Translations under genes and position numbers: made by a program
Part shown: one piece after another, positions 39,126-49,543 of the stretch
Numbering within the stretch: position 1 is the stretch's first letter
Layout of the letters: each line of letters starts with the position of its first letter
Notes under the pieces: generated by a model
The model's database searches: none
What the model was told of the DNA's origin: nothing
What the model saw: only the letters and a program-made list of their open reading frames with translations
DNA from: an uncultured Alphaproteobacteria bacterium
GTDB lineage: Bacteria; Pseudomonadota; Alphaproteobacteria; CAAHEQ01; UBA3637
Direction: 5' to 3'
DNA length: 64,000 nt
NCBI GenBank assembly: GCA_934216505.1
Contig: CAKQBW010000002.1
Span: 9,082 to 73,081, forward strand

Positions 39126-39532
39126 TTTGTTTTCTTTTGATATTTATGGGGGAGGAGTTTTTCAATAGACATAGGTGTCCAGCCCCGTTTGTTTTGAGCG
39201 GGGATTAAAACGGTGGCTTTGGGGCCGTAATCGGCAATATATTCCCGACATTTACCACAGGGAGAAATCACATAACTAGGCTTATCCCGCAGGGCCACAA
39301 TCGTGTCAATTTTCATGTTTTTTTCGGCGGTGTTTGCTGTCCCAATGGCGATGATTTCCGCACAGGTCGCCACCGAAGGTTGGTTGGTGCCTGCATTGAG
39401 CCCCAAATAAACATGCCCTGATTTTGTCAAAAGGGCGGCGGCCACCACTGAATGATGATGTTCTTTATTATAGCGGGCCTCAATTAAATCTTGGGCCATT
39501 TCAACCAAATTTTGTGGGGTGATTTTTTTCAT
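39122..39532 (-). CDS. cdd: Cytidine deaminase
   Basis: Zinc-binding motifs CAE and PCGKCRE; 136 aa. Confidence 0.8.
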   Translation of the reverse strand: MKKITPQNLVEMAQDLIEARYNKEHHHSVVAAALLTKSGHVYLGLNAGTNQPSVATCAEIIAIGTANTAEKNMKIDTIVALRDKPSYVISPCGKCREYIADYGPKATVLIPAQNKRGWTPMSIEKLLPHKYQKKTK

Positions 39533-40144
39533 TTATAAATCCTCAATTTCAACAATATCTTCCATCATTTCGTCCAATGCTTTGCGGTCGGCTTCTTTAT
39601 ATTCCACTTCGGCTTTTGGCGGACGCTTTTTTTCGGTTTTTGGGGCCTGAGACGGGTGTTTTAAAGTCGGTTGATTGGGCAGAATTTTTTCCACCTTTTG
39701 CGCCATTTCCTGAATGTATTTCACCGAAAGGTTTTCTTTGTCCATTTGTTTAATTTGGTCAGGCGTAAAGGCCATTTGTGCTGTGAAAAGCCACACTAAA
39801 ACAATCAACAACAAAGCCCGTACAATCCCAAAAGCTGTCCCCAAAATACGGTCAAGTCCTGATAATGAACTTTTGCGTAATTTTTGGGTGATGTTGGCAT
39901 TTAAAATCGTCATGACAACCAAAATGATTAAAGCCGCCGATCCCGATAAAGAAAGGCTCCAAAGATTGACTTTTTCCACTTTTCCCGTTAAAAAAGAAAA
40001 AAGCGGATGATAACTGTACAATGCCGCAATCCCTGCCAAAATCCAGCTGCTAATCCCCAATAATTCCCGCAGTAATCCCCGATACAGGGCAAACAAAACG
40101 GACACGATAATGGTGATAAAAACCACAAGATCAATGATTCCCAT
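39533..40144 (-). CDS. cvpA: CvpA family membrane protein (colicin V production protein-like)
   Basis: Four TM helices then an acidic C-terminal tail; 203 aa. Confidence 0.7.
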   Translation of the reverse strand: MGIIDLVVFITIIVSVLFALYRGLLRELLGISSWILAGIAALYSYHPLFSFLTGKVEKVNLWSLSLSGSAALIILVVMTILNANITQKLRKSSLSGLDRILGTAFGIVRALLLIVLVWLFTAQMAFTPDQIKQMDKENLSVKYIQEMAQKVEKILPNQPTLKHPSQAPKTEKKRPPKAEVEYKEADRKALDEMMEDIVEIEDL

Positions 40145-41524
40145 TTAATGTTCTCCTTTATTAAAAAAAGTTAAAAGTGTTTTTAAATTGCCGATTTCTG
40201 TTGTTTTAAAAGTTGTTTTTTTATTTTTATTAGGCGGGACTAAGGCTTTGACGAAACCTAACTTCGTGGCCTCTTTTAACCTGAGGTCAGATTGGGGTAC
40301 ATTCCGAATTTCCCCCGATAAACCGATTTCCCCAAAAAAGACCATGTCAGCGGGTAAAGGGTGATTAAAAGCGCAAGATAAAATCGCCATGACCGCCGCT
40401 AAATCAACCGCCGGTTCCGTTAAACGCATGCCCCCCGCCACATTTAAGTAAATGTCTTTGTTGGCCATGGAAACGCCACAGCGGGCCTCTAATACCGCTA
40501 ACAACATATTCAACCGATTGTTATCCCAACCCACGACCGCCCGCCGGGGACTGGTCCCTGTCATGGGGGCGACTAAGGCTTGGATTTCAACTAACATGGG
40601 GCGAGTGCCTTCTATGCCCGCAAACACACAACTGCCTGAGACATTGCCTTGCCGATCGGCCAAAAATAAAGCCGAAGGATTGGGAACTTCCGCTAACCCT
40701 TTTTCTGTCATTTCAAAAACGCCAATTTCGTCCGTGGCCCCAAAACGATTTTTGACAGACCTTAAAATACGAAAATGATGTCCCCTATCCCCTTCAAAAT
40801 ACAGAACCGTATCCACCATGTGTTCCAACACACGGGGACCCGCTAAAGTGCCTTCTTTGGTGACATGCCCCACCAAAAATAAAACAAATTGCCGCTTTTT
40901 GGCCAATCGGATCAGTTCGTGCCCACAGGCCCGTACCTGCCCCACAGTCCCTGGGGCCGATTCCACCGCATCATTATACATTGTTTGAATGGAATCTATT
41001 ACAACAATATCAGGGGCCTCAGGGGTATCTAATGTCGCCACAATGTCCCGTATATGGGTTTCGCTGGCCAGCTGTACGGGGGCCTCAGCCAATCCCAAAC
41101 GCAGGGCCCTGAGACGCACTTGATCAACGGATTCTTCGCCCGAAATATAAACGCATTGTGTGGGGTGGCCCGCTTTATTGACGCCTTTGGATAAAGTGGC
41201 AACCGCCTGTAATAACAGGGTGGATTTGCCTATCCCTGGGTCGCCACCCACCAAGATGACAGACCCCGGGACAAGGCCGCCCCCACAGACCCTGTCTAAT
41301 TCCATAATGTTGGATTTTAAACGAAAGAGAATTTCGGGAGCCCCTTGCAAATTTTCAAAACAAAGGAGACGGCCATTTTGTCCGCCTGTGGCGGTGGGGC
41401 TGTCGGCTAAGGATACGGCTTCTTCCTGAATTGTATTCCATTGCCCACAGGCCGAACATTGTCCCGCCCATCGGGGAAAAATCGCCCCACAATTTTGACA
41501 AACAAAATGCGTTGTTTTTTTCAT
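40145..41524 (-). CDS. radA: DNA repair protein RadA/Sms
   Basis: N-terminal C4 zinc finger CQNCG...CSACG; Walker A GGDPGIGKSTLLLQ; Lon-like C-terminal domain. Confidence 0.9.
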   Translation of the reverse strand: MKKTTHFVCQNCGAIFPRWAGQCSACGQWNTIQEEAVSLADSPTATGGQNGRLLCFENLQGAPEILFRLKSNIMELDRVCGGGLVPGSVILVGGDPGIGKSTLLLQAVATLSKGVNKAGHPTQCVYISGEESVDQVRLRALRLGLAEAPVQLASETHIRDIVATLDTPEAPDIVVIDSIQTMYNDAVESAPGTVGQVRACGHELIRLAKKRQFVLFLVGHVTKEGTLAGPRVLEHMVDTVLYFEGDRGHHFRILRSVKNRFGATDEIGVFEMTEKGLAEVPNPSALFLADRQGNVSGSCVFAGIEGTRPMLVEIQALVAPMTGTSPRRAVVGWDNNRLNMLLAVLEARCGVSMANKDIYLNVAGGMRLTEPAVDLAAVMAILSCAFNHPLPADMVFFGEIGLSGEIRNVPQSDLRLKEATKLGFVKALVPPNKNKKTTFKTTEIGNLKTLLTFFNKGEH

Positions 41525-42273
41525 TCTTTTGCCTTTATTTCCATTTGAATAGGTCCTTTGGCAGAGCCCGCCACAAATTGACGCACATAAGGATTTTTGG
41601 TTTGTTCCAATTCTTTAACCGTCCCTGACCAAATAATTTTGCCGTTATAGAGCATGGCAATTTTGTCCGCAATTTTTTTGGCACTTTGCATATCGTGGGT
41701 GATGGTTAAAGCTGTTGCCCCCAATTTTTTCACACATCGCACAATTAAATCATTGATGACATCAGACATGATGGGGTCCAATCCCGTGGTGGGTTCGTCA
41801 AAAAATAAAGTATCAGGATTGATGGCAATCGCTCGGGCCAATCCAACCCGCTTTTTCATTCCCCCCGATAAATCGGCTGGATAAACATCGGCGATATCGG
41901 GCTTTAAGCCCACCTCAGCCAATTTTTGAATGGCTATTTTTTTGGCCTTTTCTCGGGTCATTCCTTTTTGTTGTAAAACAGCAAATGCCACATTTTCCCA
42001 AACAGATAGGCTGTCAAATAACGCCGCACTTTGAAACAGCATCCCAATATGTTTGCCATTGAATTGAATCTGTCCTTTATCAGGGGTCAAGAGTCCCAAG
42101 ATACATTTTAAGGTGACCGATTTTCCTGTGCCCGAGCCCCCAATAATCACGACAGATTCCCCCTGATGAATGGTCAAATCCACGCCGTCCAAGACTTTTT
42201 TAGACCCAAAGGCTTTGACGACATTTTTTAGTTCTATTTGTGTTTTTTTCATGTGTTCCTTATACATTGACAA
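41521..42273 (-). CDS. ABC transporter ATP-binding protein, MlaF-like
   Basis: Walker A GGSGTGKS; signature LSGGMKKR; Walker B LFFDEP. Confidence 0.8.
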   Translation of the reverse strand: MSMYKEHMKKTQIELKNVVKAFGSKKVLDGVDLTIHQGESVVIIGGSGTGKSVTLKCILGLLTPDKGQIQFNGKHIGMLFQSAALFDSLSVWENVAFAVLQQKGMTREKAKKIAIQKLAEVGLKPDIADVYPADLSGGMKKRVGLARAIAINPDTLFFDEPTTGLDPIMSDVINDLIVRCVKKLGATALTITHDMQSAKKIADKIAMLYNGKIIWSGTVKELEQTKNPYVRQFVAGSAKGPIQMEIKAKE

Positions 42274-43045
42274 AGGCTTCTGTCAAAAGATAGTTGAAAA
42301 TTAAAATCAAAATACTGGCCGATACAACGGCGTTGGTGGTGGCTTGCCCTACCCCTTGCGCGCCGCCTTTAGATCTGAACCCGTGATAACATCCCATCAA
42401 GGCAATTAAAAAGCCAAAAACACTGGCTTTAACCAGCCCTGAAATAATGTCCATTGCTTTTAAATAATTCCAAGTATTTATCAGGTAGGTTGTGGCGTTG
42501 AAGTCCATTTTATAAACCCCGACAAAATAGCCACCATACACCCCCAACACATCGCCAATCAAAACCAACAGGGGCATCATCAAAATCCCCGCCAACACCC
42601 GTGGGGCAATTAAGTATTTAAACGGATTGGTATTTAAAGTGGTTAAAGCGTCAATTTGTTCGGTGACCTGCATCGTTCCGATTTCAGCGGCCATCGCAGC
42701 CCCTATTCTGCCTGCCACCATCAACGCCGCCATGACGGGGGCTAATTCCCGTGTGACCGCCACCAAAACGACCATAGACACGGCGCCTTGGGCCGAAAAT
42801 TTAGAGACGGCTTCATAGGTTTGAATGGCAATCACCATACCCGAAAATAAAGTGGTTAAAGCCACCACAGGGAGAGAATAAAATCCAATTTCAATCAAGT
42901 GGTGGATAAATTCACGAAAATAAAAAGGTGGCCGAACGCAGGCCCGTAAGGTGCGTCCTGTAAAAAGAATTAAATCCCCTGTGGCTTCAAAAAAGTTCAA
43001 CATCACGCGCCCTTGTGTGTTGATAAATTTTAAAATGGTTTGCAT
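42260..43045 (-). CDS. ABC transporter permease, MlaE family
   Basis: MlaE-like multi-TM permease; start refined to ATG 43045 (MQTILKF) with AAGGAG RBS. No mlaD follows the ATPase, so the assignment to the Mla pathway is tentative. Confidence 0.75.
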   Translation of the reverse strand: MQTILKFINTQGRVMLNFFEATGDLILFTGRTLRACVRPPFYFREFIHHLIEIGFYSLPVVALTTLFSGMVIAIQTYEAVSKFSAQGAVSMVVLVAVTRELAPVMAALMVAGRIGAAMAAEIGTMQVTEQIDALTTLNTNPFKYLIAPRVLAGILMMPLLVLIGDVLGVYGGYFVGVYKMDFNATTYLINTWNYLKAMDIISGLVKASVFGFLIALMGCYHGFRSKGGAQGVGQATTNAVVSASILILIFNYLLTEAFVNV

Positions 43046-43102
43046 AAAAACTCCTTTATCCCTTTTAGGGATAATTTTAAACAGACACGAAAAAAAATGC
43101 AA

Positions 43103-43136
43103 GAAAAAAAAGACAGGTTCCGAAAAACCTGTCTTT
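43103..43136 (-). terminator. Rho-independent terminator after the OMP gene
   Basis: Stem AGACAGGTT/AACCTGTCT with a U-run on the minus strand. Confidence 0.5.
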
Positions 43137-43153
43137 GAAAAAGTGTTTTTTGT

Positions 43154-43699
43154 TTAGAAAAAGTATTTTACCTTGAACATTAACGTATCCGAATTTAACT
43201 TGGATTTGCTGAATGTCTTTCCGCCTTTTTCATTGAGCCACAAATGGCGATATTCTAAAGCCGTTCCAACGGGCCATTGTTCAAAATTATATTCAACGCC
43301 CCCCAAAATTTGTCCCGCGATAGAATTGTTATGATCCCAACGGGCATAACCAAATCCAAAGCCCGCATAAGGTTCCACAACCCAGCCTGTGTTCGGAATA
43401 ACAGCGGTGGCGTTGGCCATGACGGCCCTTAATTGACGGGTGCGTCCGAAATCAGGTTGGACATCCATGCGCAAAAGCTCCCCTTCCACCCGGACATCGG
43501 TCCATTCGGTGGGAATGACCGTTCCCGCAAACAAGGACCACAGAGGAGAGAAAGTTTCCAAATCATATTTAATTCCGTTGGTATAGGCATGGCCACCGTT
43601 CCAACTGGCCCCCAAGCCAATGCCCGCATAATTGTCCGCCATTGCATAAGAGGACATCAATAAGCCCGCCGTTAATAAAGTTAAAAATTGAAGTTTCAT
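43154..43699 (-). CDS. Small outer-membrane beta-barrel protein (OmpA-like/OmpW-like 8-strand class)
   Basis: Signal peptide MKLQFLTLLTAGLLMSSYA; alternating hydrophobic beta-strands; terminal aromatic KYFF. Confidence 0.6.
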   Translation of the reverse strand: MKLQFLTLLTAGLLMSSYAMADNYAGIGLGASWNGGHAYTNGIKYDLETFSPLWSLFAGTVIPTEWTDVRVEGELLRMDVQPDFGRTRQLRAVMANATAVIPNTGWVVEPYAGFGFGYARWDHNNSIAGQILGGVEYNFEQWPVGTALEYRHLWLNEKGGKTFSKSKLNSDTLMFKVKYFF

Positions 43700-43846
43700 T
43701 TGAGTTTCCCTTTCGTTAAGATTGATGAGGTTAGCATAACCAGATATTTTGAACTTGTCAAGCAAAAAATAAACCTTCCTTGACGGATTTTTAAATAACA
43801 AAACACACCCCTTTAAATAAAGGGGGTATGTTTCTTTAACCTTTTT

Positions 43847-44098
43847 TTAGGCTCTTTTTTTGGGGGTATTTTTAACCACTGTTTTAAGGGCCATTTTCGC
43901 AGGTTGTGCTTCTTTTTTAACCGTAGATTTTACCGCTGATTTTTTGGCACAAGTTTTTTTAATTTCAACCTTTTTAGGGGCGAAAAATTGTTCACAAGCC
44001 TTCATCCAAAAATATTCGGCAGAACCATCTGGACGACCCGCCTTTTCCCATAGAAAATAGGCCGCTTCACGAATCATATTTTCATTAATTTGTGTCAT
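43847..44098 (-). CDS. DUF2934 family small protein
   Basis: Motif IREAAYFLWEKAGRPDGSAEYFWMKACEQ followed by a Lys-rich tail. Confidence 0.6.
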   Translation of the reverse strand: MTQINENMIREAAYFLWEKAGRPDGSAEYFWMKACEQFFAPKKVEIKKTCAKKSAVKSTVKKEAQPAKMALKTVVKNTPKKRA

Positions 44099-44169
44099 GA
44101 TAATACTCCTCTTGTTATATCAACAACATCTCTATCGTAAAACAAAAATAAAATTTTTGCAATACCTTT

Positions 44170-44973
44170 TTATTGTTTTGGGGCTTTTTTTTGTAAAAAA
44201 GTCAAAAGTTGATCTACAGGTAAGGGGCGAGAAAACCAATAGCCCTGTCCCATATCGCACCCATGTTCTTGCAACCATTCCTTTTGTTTAGTGGTTTCAA
44301 TACCTTCCGCTAAAACAGGAAAACCTAAGTCGTGCCCTAGGCGAATCATAGACGCCACAATCGTTTGATTTTTTTCATGGGTGAAAAGTTCTTGAATAAA
44401 ATCCATGTCAATTTTTAATTTTTTGATGTTCAAGTTTTTTAAAGCATTAAAGGAAGCATAGCCTGTTCCAAAATCGTCCAAAGAGATAGCAATATTTAAT
44501 TCTTCCAATTTTTTAAAAGTTTCAGATTCAAATAGGTCCCGATCAAAGTTTTGTCTTTCTGTAATTTCACATTCCAAAAAAGTGGGGTTAATCCGAATAC
44601 CCTGTAAAGCATCTTGAATTTTTTGGACAATAGAGGGGCTTTTTAATTGAGCTACAGAAAAATTGATGGCCAAATGCAAATCACGATAGCCTGCTTCATG
44701 AAGTTTGCGTAAATCAGACAGTGTTTTTTTTAATAACATGTCCGTAAATTCTGTAATCAAGCCACTTTCTTCCAATATAGGAATAAATTCATTGGGGGGG
44801 ATAATCCCACGGTGGGCATCGTTCCAACGCATCAAGGCTTCTACTCCTAATACCTTTTCTGATTTTAAATCAAATTCAGGTTGATAGTAAAAGACAAATT
44901 CGTTGTTTTTCATGGCTTTTTTAAGCCGTTCAGGTGTAATTTTCTTTTGAAATAAGTTGCCAAATAAAGACAT
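44170..44973 (-). CDS. Standalone EAL-domain c-di-GMP phosphodiesterase
   Basis: EALMRW, DDFGTGYASFN, KIDMDF and EGIETTKQ motifs; 267 aa with no GGDEF or sensor domain. Confidence 0.8.
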   Translation of the reverse strand: MSLFGNLFQKKITPERLKKAMKNNEFVFYYQPEFDLKSEKVLGVEALMRWNDAHRGIIPPNEFIPILEESGLITEFTDMLLKKTLSDLRKLHEAGYRDLHLAINFSVAQLKSPSIVQKIQDALQGIRINPTFLECEITERQNFDRDLFESETFKKLEELNIAISLDDFGTGYASFNALKNLNIKKLKIDMDFIQELFTHEKNQTIVASMIRLGHDLGFPVLAEGIETTKQKEWLQEHGCDMGQGYWFSRPLPVDQLLTFLQKKAPKQ

Positions 44974-45111
44974 TTTATCCTCCTTTTCATTGCTTTTATA
45001 AGATACTTATACACATTTTTTTTATAAAAAGCACGCTTTTTTTTCAAAAAGACTACACTTTTTGATTTTTTATGAGTATAATACGGGTATTTAAAAAAGA
45101 AAGGATATAAA

Positions 45112-46641
45112 ATGACAAGACAAAAACCTGTAATGTTATGTATTTTGGACGGTTGGGGGTATCGCGCCGAAAAGGAAAATAATGCGATTGAAATGGGGCG
45201 GACGCCTATTTGGCATCAGTTGGTGGCCAATTATCCGCACACGATGTTAGCCACCTCAGGGTTAGAGGTTGGCTTACCTGATGGGCAAATGGGAAATTCC
45301 GAAGTGGGACATACCAATTTGGGGGCAGGGCGTGTGGTGATGCAAGACCTTCCCCGCATTGATCAAGCCATTCAAAATCATACTTTGGATACGAATCCTG
45401 TGTTGGTGGAATTGGAAAAGACCCTGAAAGCCAATGGCGGTGTTTGTCATTTAATGGGGCTGTTAGGGCCAGGGGGCGTGCATGCCCAACAACGGCATAT
45501 TGTGGCGTTGGCGGGGTTGTTGAATCAAGCGGGGGTGCCTGTGGTGATTCATGGCTTTTTAGATGGACGGGATACGCCGCCGGCATCGGGGCGGGGCTTT
45601 GTGCAAGAGTTGGTGAAATCTATTCATGACATGCCTTTGGTCAAAATTGGTACTTTGGGCGGACGGTATTATGGTATGGATCGGGATAACCGTTGGGAAC
45701 GGGTTTCTTTGGCCTATGAAGCCCTTGTCAATGCCCAAGGAAAACATTTTGATTCGGCCGACCAAGCCATTGAAAAATCCTATCAAGAAAATGTATTTGA
45801 TGAATTTGTGGTCCCTGTGGTGATTGGGGATTATCAAGGTATGAAAGATGGTGATGCGGTGATGATGGCGAACTATCGGTCCGACAGAGCCCGTGAAATC
45901 AATCGTATGTTGTTGCAGCCTGATTTTGATTTGTGTCCCCGTTCTCGGGTGGTGCATTTTTCAGATGCCGTGATGATGACCGAATATTCTTCAGAACATA
46001 AAAAATGGATGAAGACTTTGTTCCCCCCCGAAGAACTCAAGCACATTTTTGGGGAAGAAGTTGCTCGGGCAGGGTTAAAGCAACTGCGTATTGCGGAGAC
46101 GGAAAAATATGCCCATGTCACCTTTTTCTTTAACGGGGGATTGGAATCTGTTTTCCCCAACGAAGAACGTATTTTAGTGCCCAGTCCCAAAGTGGCGACC
46201 TATGATTTAAAACCAGAAATGAGTGCGGTGGAAGTGACGGACAAGTTGGTAGAGGCAATTCAACAGGACAAATTTGATGTTATTATTGTGAATTACGCCA
46301 ACGGCGATATGGTGGGGCATACGGGATCTCTTCCTGCGGCCATTCAAGCGGTGGAAACCGTGGATACTTGTTTGGGGCGTGTGTTGGCGGCCTTAAAGGA
46401 AAAAGACGGCTGTGCTTTTGTGGTGGCGGACCATGGGAATTGTGAAGACATGGTTGATGAAAATGGCAAGCCCAAGACCAGTCATACGAATACGCCGGTT
46501 CAGGCGGTGCTCTATAATGCCCACGGGGTCAAGGGGTTAAAGCACGGGCGGTTAGCCGATGTGGCCCCCACTTTATTAAACTTGTTGGAATTGCCTCAAC
46601 CCAAAGAAATGACAGGGGTCAATTTAATAGAAAAGGAATAA
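45112..46641 (+). CDS. gpmI: 2,3-bisphosphoglycerate-independent phosphoglycerate mutase
   Basis: 509 aa; iPGM metalloenzyme motifs (ILDGWG, GNSEVGH). Confidence 0.92.
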   Translation: MTRQKPVMLCILDGWGYRAEKENNAIEMGRTPIWHQLVANYPHTMLATSGLEVGLPDGQMGNSEVGHTNLGAGRVVMQDLPRIDQAIQNHTLDTNPVLVELEKTLKANGGVCHLMGLLGPGGVHAQQRHIVALAGLLNQAGVPVVIHGFLDGRDTPPASGRGFVQELVKSIHDMPLVKIGTLGGRYYGMDRDNRWERVSLAYEALVNAQGKHFDSADQAIEKSYQENVFDEFVVPVVIGDYQGMKDGDAVMMANYRSDRAREINRMLLQPDFDLCPRSRVVHFSDAVMMTEYSSEHKKWMKTLFPPEELKHIFGEEVARAGLKQLRIAETEKYAHVTFFFNGGLESVFPNEERILVPSPKVATYDLKPEMSAVEVTDKLVEAIQQDKFDVIIVNYANGDMVGHTGSLPAAIQAVETVDTCLGRVLAALKEKDGCAFVVADHGNCEDMVDENGKPKTSHTNTPVQAVLYNAHGVKGLKHGRLADVAPTLLNLLELPQPKEMTGVNLIEKE

Positions 46642-46645
46642 GGGC

Positions 46646-47782
46646 GTGAAGGCGTTTGTTGTTTTTGTGGGGTTGATGATTATCGGGGAAAGCGGGTGGG
46701 CTGTTCCTGCGGCGACCTTTGACGATTTAAAGGCCGTGGAAAATCAACTGAAACAAGAACAACAAGCGCAAAAAAAATCTCAACAAAAAGTGGCGGTTTT
46801 AACCCGTGAAGTGAAAGAGGTGCAGGGGGATTTAATTTCTACCGCCAAAAAAATTCAACGCAAAGAAAATGAATTGTCCGCTTTGGAACAACAAAAAAAA
46901 GAATACTTACAAAAGCAAGAAATTTTGGAAGACAAGTTGGATCTAACAGATAAGCAATTATATCGGGTGATGAAAGGATTACAGACTTTGTCTTTGCGGC
47001 CCACAGAATTATTGGTGGTCCAAAAAAAAACGCCCGTTCAAACTTTAAGAAGTAAGATGTTGATGAATTACAGTGTGCCGATGATGGGGCAGATTAAACA
47101 AGAGACTTTATCGGATTTACAGGAATTGATGAAGGTGCGCCAACAACTGGGGGACAGGGTTGTACGCATTCAACAAGTGCATTTTGATTTAACTGAGCAA
47201 AATAAAAAGATGAATCAGTTATTAGCAGAAAAGAAAAAAATGCAACAACGTTATACGTCGGATTATATGCAATCAAAAAAGAAAGCCCAGATGTTGGCCA
47301 CCAAAGCGCAAGATTTAAAAGATTTGTTGAAAAAATTAGAAGAAGAACAGGCCCGAAAACAGCAAGCATTGCGTCCCGTGGGCGCAGGGCGCTTTGAACG
47401 CTCGTATGGTCGTTTATCTTGGCCAGCGGGGGGGCAACTCATGCAACATTTTGGGGAAAAGACAGGGGCTGGGGCGCACACCAAAGGGGTGATTTTAAGG
47501 ACGCATGCCAACGGGCGATTGACGGCGCCGTTTGATGGCGTGGTGTTATTTGCGGGGCCTTTCCAAAATTACGGGCAATTATTGATTATAGACCATGGGG
47601 ATAATTACATGACGGTGTTGGCGGGGATGAAGCAAATTGATGTCATGGTGGGGCAAGAATTATTGGCGGGCGAACCTATTGGCGCGATGGGGAAAAGTTA
47701 TACGGATTTATATTTAGAAATGCGACATCAGGGACAGGCGATAGATCCTGAACCTTGGTTTATCAAAGGGAGAATAGCATGA
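46646..47782 (+). CDS. envC: Coiled-coil M23 peptidase (EnvC-like murein hydrolase activator)
   Basis: GTG start; signal peptide; long coiled coil; C-terminal LytM/M23 domain. Confidence 0.75.
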   Translation: MKAFVVFVGLMIIGESGWAVPAATFDDLKAVENQLKQEQQAQKKSQQKVAVLTREVKEVQGDLISTAKKIQRKENELSALEQQKKEYLQKQEILEDKLDLTDKQLYRVMKGLQTLSLRPTELLVVQKKTPVQTLRSKMLMNYSVPMMGQIKQETLSDLQELMKVRQQLGDRVVRIQQVHFDLTEQNKKMNQLLAEKKKMQQRYTSDYMQSKKKAQMLATKAQDLKDLLKKLEEEQARKQQALRPVGAGRFERSYGRLSWPAGGQLMQHFGEKTGAGAHTKGVILRTHANGRLTAPFDGVVLFAGPFQNYGQLLIIDHGDNYMTVLAGMKQIDVMVGQELLAGEPIGAMGKSYTDLYLEMRHQGQAIDPEPWFIKGRIA

Positions 47783-49065
47783 AAAAAACACTGTTTCTTT
47801 TAATGGCGGGGATTTGTTTAAGTTCTGGGGCGTGGGCCAAAGCAGAAAAGGCCGATCATTTACAAGATGACCCCTATTTGTTGATGGATTTATTGGGGGC
47901 GACTTTTGAACAAATTCAAAAAGATTCGGTGGAACCCGTCAGTTATCGTCAGTTGGTGGAAAAATCCATCAATGGTGTTTTGACTTCTTTGGATCCACAT
48001 TCGGGCTTTTTGGATTTAGAAGAAACCGAAGAAATGCAAACGCAAACAACGGGCGAATTTGGGGGGCTTGGATTAGAGGTTTCTTCGGACAAAGATTTGG
48101 TGCGTATTACCACGCCGATTGATGACACGCCTGCGGCCAAAGCAGGCTTACAAACAGGTGATTATATCAGCCATATTGATGGTGTGTCGGTGGTGGGGAT
48201 GAGTTTGAATGAAGCCGTGAAAAAAATGCGTGGCAAGCCCAAAACAAAAGTTAAATTGGGAATTTATCGGAAAAATAAAAAACCCTTTACGGTGACTTTG
48301 ACCCGTGAAATCATTAAGGTGCAACCTGTGAAATTTGAAGCCAAAGGCGAAGTTGGCTATATTCGGCTTTCTACTTTCAGCGAAGGGGCAGGGGAAAAGG
48401 TTAAAGAGGCCCTTCAAAAACTCAACAAAGAAATCGGGGCCGATAAAATCAAAGGATTTGTGTTGGATTTAAGAAATAACCCTGGGGGCTTGTTGGAAGA
48501 AGCGGTGGCCGTTTCTGATTTGTTTTTAAATCAAGGGGAAATTGTTTCCACGCGTTCCCGCACGCCGGAAGACACTTTGAGGTTTTCGGCCAAACAAGGG
48601 GACGAGGCCAACGGCTTGCCTGTGGTTGTTTTAATCAATGAAGGGTCAGCCAGTGCCAGCGAAATTGTGGCCGGCGCTTTACAGGATCATAAACGGGCGG
48701 TGATAGTGGGCCTGAAATCCTTTGGAAAAGGCTCTGTCCAAAGTGTGCGTCAAATCCCAGGTTTTGGGGCGATTAAAATTACAACAGCCCGATACTATAC
48801 GCCTTCGGGCAATTCTATTCAAACCAAAGGAATTGAACCGGATGTGAAAATCCCTCGGGGTAAGTTAGAGGTCTATCCTGTTTTAACGGGCTATAGCGAG
48901 GAAAATCTGACAGGGGCGTTGGATTTGGATCATGTTCCTGAAGCCAAAAATCCTTTTGAAGAAGAAAAAAAGGACACCCCAAAGGAAGACAAGTCTGATT
49001 ATCAATTGGATCGGGCGTTGGATTTAGTCCAAGGAATTTGGGTCGCCAATCAGAAAGAAGGTTAA
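47779..49065 (+). CDS. ctpA: Carboxyl-terminal processing protease
   Basis: PDZ domain; S41 catalytic region (GSASASEIVAGAL, K dyad); start refined to ATG 47779. Confidence 0.85.
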   Translation: MKKTLFLLMAGICLSSGAWAKAEKADHLQDDPYLLMDLLGATFEQIQKDSVEPVSYRQLVEKSINGVLTSLDPHSGFLDLEETEEMQTQTTGEFGGLGLEVSSDKDLVRITTPIDDTPAAKAGLQTGDYISHIDGVSVVGMSLNEAVKKMRGKPKTKVKLGIYRKNKKPFTVTLTREIIKVQPVKFEAKGEVGYIRLSTFSEGAGEKVKEALQKLNKEIGADKIKGFVLDLRNNPGGLLEEAVAVSDLFLNQGEIVSTRSRTPEDTLRFSAKQGDEANGLPVVVLINEGSASASEIVAGALQDHKRAVIVGLKSFGKGSVQSVRQIPGFGAIKITTARYYTPSGNSIQTKGIEPDVKIPRGKLEVYPVLTGYSEENLTGALDLDHVPEAKNPFEEEKKDTPKEDKSDYQLDRALDLVQGIWVANQKEG

Positions 49066-49539
49066 ATGTCAAATTATCGTGAGGCAGTCGGGCTAATGAT
49101 TTTAAATCAGGACAAAAAAGTGTTTTTGGCCTATCGGGCTTGGACACAACAATCCAAGTATCATTGGCAAATGCCTCAAGGCGGTATTGATAAAGGGGAA
49201 ACACCTGAACAGGCGGCGTGGCGGGAAATGCACGAAGAAACAGGTTTGACCCCCGCCAACACGCAGCTCATCAAAGTTTCCGAAAATTGGTACTCCTATG
49301 ATTTGCCCGATAAAACAAATCGCAGCATTGACGGGGAAAAGCAAAAATGGTTTTTAATGTTATTCCATGGGGGCAAAAAAGACATCAATTTAAAGGTGCA
49401 AAGACACCCTGAATTTATCCGTTATCGGTGGGCGGATCCACGCAAGGCCCCGCACCTGATTATTCCTTTTAAAAAGAAAGTGTATGATCAGGTTTTGGCG
49501 GAGTTTATGCCCGTCGTTGAAAGTTTGGAAATAAAATAA
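49066..49539 (+). CDS. rppH: RNA pyrophosphohydrolase (NUDIX)
   Basis: NUDIX box GGIDKGETPEQAAWREMHEETGL. Confidence 0.85.
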   Translation: MSNYREAVGLMILNQDKKVFLAYRAWTQQSKYHWQMPQGGIDKGETPEQAAWREMHEETGLTPANTQLIKVSENWYSYDLPDKTNRSIDGEKQKWFLMLFHGGKKDINLKVQRHPEFIRYRWADPRKAPHLIIPFKKKVYDQVLAEFMPVVESLEIK

Positions 49540-49543
49540 GACC

